Shown here piece after piece: positions 60,752-64,000 of a stretch of 64,000 bases of DNA. The DNA is from Caldisericia bacterium (GTDB lineage Bacteria; Caldisericota; Caldisericia; B22-G15), in NCBI GenBank assembly GCA_026414995.1, contig JAOAHY010000004.1:12485-76484 (forward strand). The letters are read 5' to 3'. The first letter of the stretch is position 1; every line of letters begins with the position of its first letter. Position numbers and translations under genes: made by a program. Below the pieces are notes generated by a model that had not been told where the DNA came from, ran no database searches, and saw nothing but the letters and a program-made list of their open reading frames with translations.

Positions 60752-61759
60752 TTATCTAAGTTCAATTGTGTAACCAGTAAGTTTTGAAGCAAGCTTTACA
60801 TTAACTCCTTCTTTTCCAATAGCAAGAGGTATTTGATCTTGTGGAAGAATAACAATTGCCTTTTTATCAATTATTTCTACTTTTTCAACTTTTGCAGGAG
60901 AAAGTGCATATTTTATATATTCTTTAGGATCATCAGACCATCTTACAATGTCAATTTTTTCTCCTGCTAATTCTTTTGAAATACTTGTTATCCTAACTCC
61001 TTTTGCACCAATACATGCTCCAACTGGGTCAACATCGCTTTTATATGAATGTACTGCAACTTTTGCTCTTTCACCTGGTTCTCTTACAACCCCCTTTATT
61101 TCTACAATTCCATCAATAATTTCTGGTATCTCTTTTTCTAAAAGATATTTCAAAAGATTGTTATCAATTCTTGATAGAATTATATCCGGACCTTTTGGTG
61201 TTTTAACAACATCAACTATGTAAACTTTTATTTCCTTTCCAACAAAATATTCTTCTTTAGGAATTTTTAAATTTTTTGGTATTCTTCCTTCTCCTCTTTC
61301 AAATTTGACAAATATATCTGGGCCTATTATTCTAGAGACTTTACCAGTTAATACCTTTCCTACTTTATCTTTAAATTCATCATATATAGTCTCTCTCTCA
61401 AGAGCAACAATTCGTTGAATCAAGACTTGTTTAGCTACTTGCATTGCAACAAATCCGAGTTTTTCTGGAAGAATCTCTATATCTAATACTTCATCTAATA
61501 CCACATCTTTTTTAATATTTTGAGCGTCTTTAAGAGAGATTTCTGTTGAATTTTGAGCGTCTTTAACTACTTTTACTCTTTTAAATATTTTAATTTCTCC
61601 TGTATCTTTATTTATATTAACTATAATATCTCCACTATTTGGAAATTTTTTTTTATAAGCAACTTTAATGGCATCTTCTAATGATGCCAAAATTTTTTCT
61701 TTTGGAATACCTTTTTGTTTCTCAAATTCTTCTATTGCTTCTATTAATTCGTTGGTCAA
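60752..61759 (-). CDS. nusA: Transcription termination/antitermination factor NusA
   Basis: Likely TTG start at 61759 after AGGAGG. AKQV..Q, E.PEI.DG.V, REPG.R.KVAV, DPVGACIG, EKIDI and AIGKEG.N motifs. Confidence 0.96.
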   Translation of the reverse strand: MTNELIEAIEEFEKQKGIPKEKILASLEDAIKVAYKKKFPNSGDIIVNINKDTGEIKIFKRVKVVKDAQNSTEISLKDAQNIKKDVVLDEVLDIEILPEKLGFVAMQVAKQVLIQRIVALERETIYDEFKDKVGKVLTGKVSRIIGPDIFVKFERGEGRIPKNLKIPKEEYFVGKEIKVYIVDVVKTPKGPDIILSRIDNNLLKYLLEKEIPEIIDGIVEIKGVVREPGERAKVAVHSYKSDVDPVGACIGAKGVRITSISKELAGEKIDIVRWSDDPKEYIKYALSPAKVEKVEIIDKKAIVILPQDQIPLAIGKEGVNVKLASKLTGYTIELR

Positions 61760-61826
61760 AACTATTCCTCCTAAAAACACTCTTAAACTATTATAGCATA
61801 AATATTTGTCTATTTTAAATTAGTTA

Positions 61827-63398
61827 TTATATGAATTTTATGCCTAATCTTACTAAATTATTATTTATAGTGTATTTATATACTATTTGTCCCTTTCTAT
61901 AAATATTTAATTCATGGATCGAAATATTAATATTATTATCAGTAAATGAATCTGGTTTAGTTAAAATTCCTAATCCACCATTACTATAATCTAATACCAT
62001 AATAGGTTTATTATCAATTTTTGTAATAAAATTTAAATAAATTCTTGGATATGCTCTTCTATCATTCTCGTAACTTTTAATGATATTTAAATTGTGAATT
62101 TCCTCAATAGCATACCTTTCTGTTTTAACCCATTTTTTTATATTAAAAATTAATTTAATTATTGCCAACAAAAAACTAGGTAACCAAATATATGTATAAA
62201 ATGCAAAAATTAAAATTAATATATATTTTTTAAGTAAATTAATTTTATAGAAACCGTTTATACCAGTTAAAAATATAGGTATAAATATAAATGAAAATAA
62301 AATTAAAACCAAAAATCCAACTATTGTATTAATACTGTAAAAATAATTTAAAATATAATTTTTTACATATATAACTTTAAAAAAACCAAAAATAGATAAA
62401 AAAATGCTTAAAAAGACAATAAAAATTGTAGATACAAATGTTAAATAAAATATTGAATCTAATTTTGTAAAAAATTTAGATTTTGAAAATATAATCTTTG
62501 GTATATATATCCAATTAGATAAATGACCTTGTAACCATCTGCTTCTTTGTCTTATTAAAGATAATAAATTTTCAACACCCTCCTGTTCAGTTATTATATC
62601 ATCTGCATAACCTAATTTCATACCATAAGAAATAAATTTTAAACCTAATTCTAAATCTTCAGTTAATGTATATCCCCAAGGTGAATCGCCTAATTTAAGA
62701 AGAGAAGATAATTTTGTAAATTGACCATTTCCTCCCATTCCAACACTTCCCAAAATAGATCTACCTTTCTGAATTATTTGGCTAAAACCTAAAAATTCTA
62801 TATCTTGCATTTTTGATAATAAATTATTATCCCTATTATAAATTCTAATCATAGTTTGAACAGCATCTATATCAAAATTTTTAAAATAATCACTTATTCT
62901 ATTAAAAATATTTTGATGTGGTATAGCATCTGCATCAAAAACTCCTATAATAATGTTATTATAATTATATTTCTCATAAAAATTCTCATCTAAATTTAAT
63001 GACTCTAAAAAATTGTGTCTTAATGAAAAAAGAATTTGACTTAATCCAAAATTTAAAACAGTTCCTTTGCCAGATTTGTCATTGAAACTAATTCTATCTA
63101 ATAAAACTAGTCTATTATCTTTGTTTAAATACGAAAAAACAATTTCTCTTGTTCTGTCAATTGATTTATCATTTAAAATAATAATTCTAAAGTTTTGATT
63201 TTCTAATTTTAAAAAATTCTCAATGGTTCTTTTAATAACTTTTTCTTCATTTTTTGCTGGAATTAAAATAAAATAAAAATAATCATCTTGACCACTATTT
63301 AAAGGTCTCTTATATTGAAAGGATATGAGATAAAGAAATAAATAATACAATCCTATAAAAACTAAAATCAATGTAAAAATTGTTGAATTTATAATCAT
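61827..63398 (-). CDS. Membrane GT2 (cellulose-synthase-like) glycosyltransferase with C-terminal PilZ domain
   Basis: IPAKNEE, D..SD, GK, FDAD, TED and QRSRW processive motifs, TM helices, W.KT. C-terminal RRAYPR (RxxxR) and DYSNGG (DxSxxG). Confidence 0.88.
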   Translation of the reverse strand: MIINSTIFTLILVFIGLYYLFLYLISFQYKRPLNSGQDDYFYFILIPAKNEEKVIKRTIENFLKLENQNFRIIILNDKSIDRTREIVFSYLNKDNRLVLLDRISFNDKSGKGTVLNFGLSQILFSLRHNFLESLNLDENFYEKYNYNNIIIGVFDADAIPHQNIFNRISDYFKNFDIDAVQTMIRIYNRDNNLLSKMQDIEFLGFSQIIQKGRSILGSVGMGGNGQFTKLSSLLKLGDSPWGYTLTEDLELGLKFISYGMKLGYADDIITEQEGVENLLSLIRQRSRWLQGHLSNWIYIPKIIFSKSKFFTKLDSIFYLTFVSTIFIVFLSIFLSIFGFFKVIYVKNYILNYFYSINTIVGFLVLILFSFIFIPIFLTGINGFYKINLLKKYILILIFAFYTYIWLPSFLLAIIKLIFNIKKWVKTERYAIEEIHNLNIIKSYENDRRAYPRIYLNFITKIDNKPIMVLDYSNGGLGILTKPDSFTDNNINISIHELNIYRKGQIVYKYTINNNLVRLGIKFI

Positions 63399-63439
63399 GT
63401 TAATATTATAAATTATTGATATAACAAATTCAATAAATG

Positions 63440-63468
63440 TTGAAAATTAATATTTTCTTTGTTAAACT
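63440..63468 (+). promoter_or_regulatory. sigma70 promoter with extended -10
   Basis: TTGAAA (63440-63445), 17-nt spacer, TG-n-TAAACT (63463-63468), 8 nt before ATG 63477; no SD. Confidence 0.55.
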
Positions 63469-63476
63469 TTTTTTAA

Positions 63477-64000
63477 ATGAAGAAATTTTTAGGATATAAT
63501 CTATATCCATTAACATTTGAAGAAACAAAAGAAAAAATAATTAGTTTCTTAAAAGAAGATAAAAAAAGGATAATTACACCAATTAATCCTGAAAAAATTG
63601 TTAGAAGTCTAAATGATAATAAATTGAAAGAAATATTAGAAAATTCAGATTTACTTTTACCTGATGGATATGGAATTGTTATAGCATCTAAAATTCTTGG
63701 AATTGGAATTAAGGAGAGAATTACAGGTATAGATATGTTTGAAGCGCTTATTGAATATGGAGATAAAGCAAATCTTTCAATATATTTTTTAGGCGCAAAG
63801 GATGAAAGTGTTAAAGGTGTTGTTGAAAGAGTAAAAAAAGAGTATAGAGGAGTTAAAATTGTAGGTTATCATAATGGTTTTTTTAATACTTCAGATGAAG
63901 TTATAAATGATATGAGAAATAAAAAAATAGATTTTTTATTTGTAGCAATGGGGAGTCCTAAACAAGAATATTTTATATATGATAATCTTAAATATATAGA
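63477..64000 (+). CDS. WecB/TagA/CpsF (GT26) glycosyltransferase, 3'-truncated by window edge
   Basis: Not in the ORF track. Translated by hand: MKKFLGY...TPINPEK...DLLLPDGYGIV.AS...ERITGIDMF...YFLGA...GYHNGFF...LFVAMGSPKQE. Confidence 0.93.
   Translation, partial: MKKFLGYNLYPLTFEETKEKIISFLKEDKKRIITPINPEKIVRSLNDNKLKEILENSDLLLPDGYGIVIASKILGIGIKERITGIDMFEALIEYGDKANLSIYFLGAKDESVKGVVERVKKEYRGVKIVGYHNGFFNTSDEVINDMRNKKIDFLFVAMGSPKQEYFIYDNLKYI

Noticed and set aside
4569-61223. Numerous short antisense or out-of-frame ORFs (e.g. 4569-4955, 7621-7953, 30445-30837, 39204-39566, 54866-55330, 56261-56545, 57328-57582)
   Set aside because: Each is nested in or mostly overlaps a well-supported gene, and lacks an RBS and recognisable motifs; treated as shadow ORFs.
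1-64000. CRISPR arrays, IS elements, prophage, rRNA
   Set aside because: No spaced repeats, transposases, phage structural genes or rRNA sequence seen by eye; intergenic gaps are too short to hold them.

Overview
Very AT-rich bacterial chromosome segment with standard genetic code, dense and mostly housekeeping. The gene content (Rnf complex, A/V-type ATP synthase with a Na+-type c-ring, minimal SufCB/SMS Fe-S system, several archaeal-like enzymes) suggests an anaerobe, probably thermophilic; taxonomy cannot be fixed from sequence alone. In order: end of an rnf operon (G,E,A,B); a large single-pass membrane protein ending in a PIN-like domain; AmmeMemoRadiSam B/A-tadA-tRNA-Ser; pncA-pncB; RNase P RNA lacking P18; sufC/sufB-like pair; proA, proC; two tRNA-Pro; a PLP decarboxylase; a complete A/V-ATPase operon; a two-subunit Mo-hydroxylase plus divergent deaminase; a five-gene cstA / small protein / ArsA-Get3 ATPase / DUF59-like / membrane-anchored protein cassette; ddl-hydrolase-murF-like; tyrS-hisS-aspS; a DHH-CBS tRNA nucleotidyltransferase; hflX, xerC, queH, ruvCAB, pdxST, nadD, obg, rplU-rpmA; nusA-ylxR-infB; a PilZ-bearing GT2 and a partial WecB/TagA gene. 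No CRISPR array, prophage or IS element was seen. The best candidate for an undescribed system is the cstA-ArsA/Get3 cassette, whose last gene resembles the eukaryotic membrane-protein chaperone CCDC47 by eye. The membrane-tethered PIN protein is second. Several genes look leaderless. All family calls come from motif recognition by eye, not database searches.
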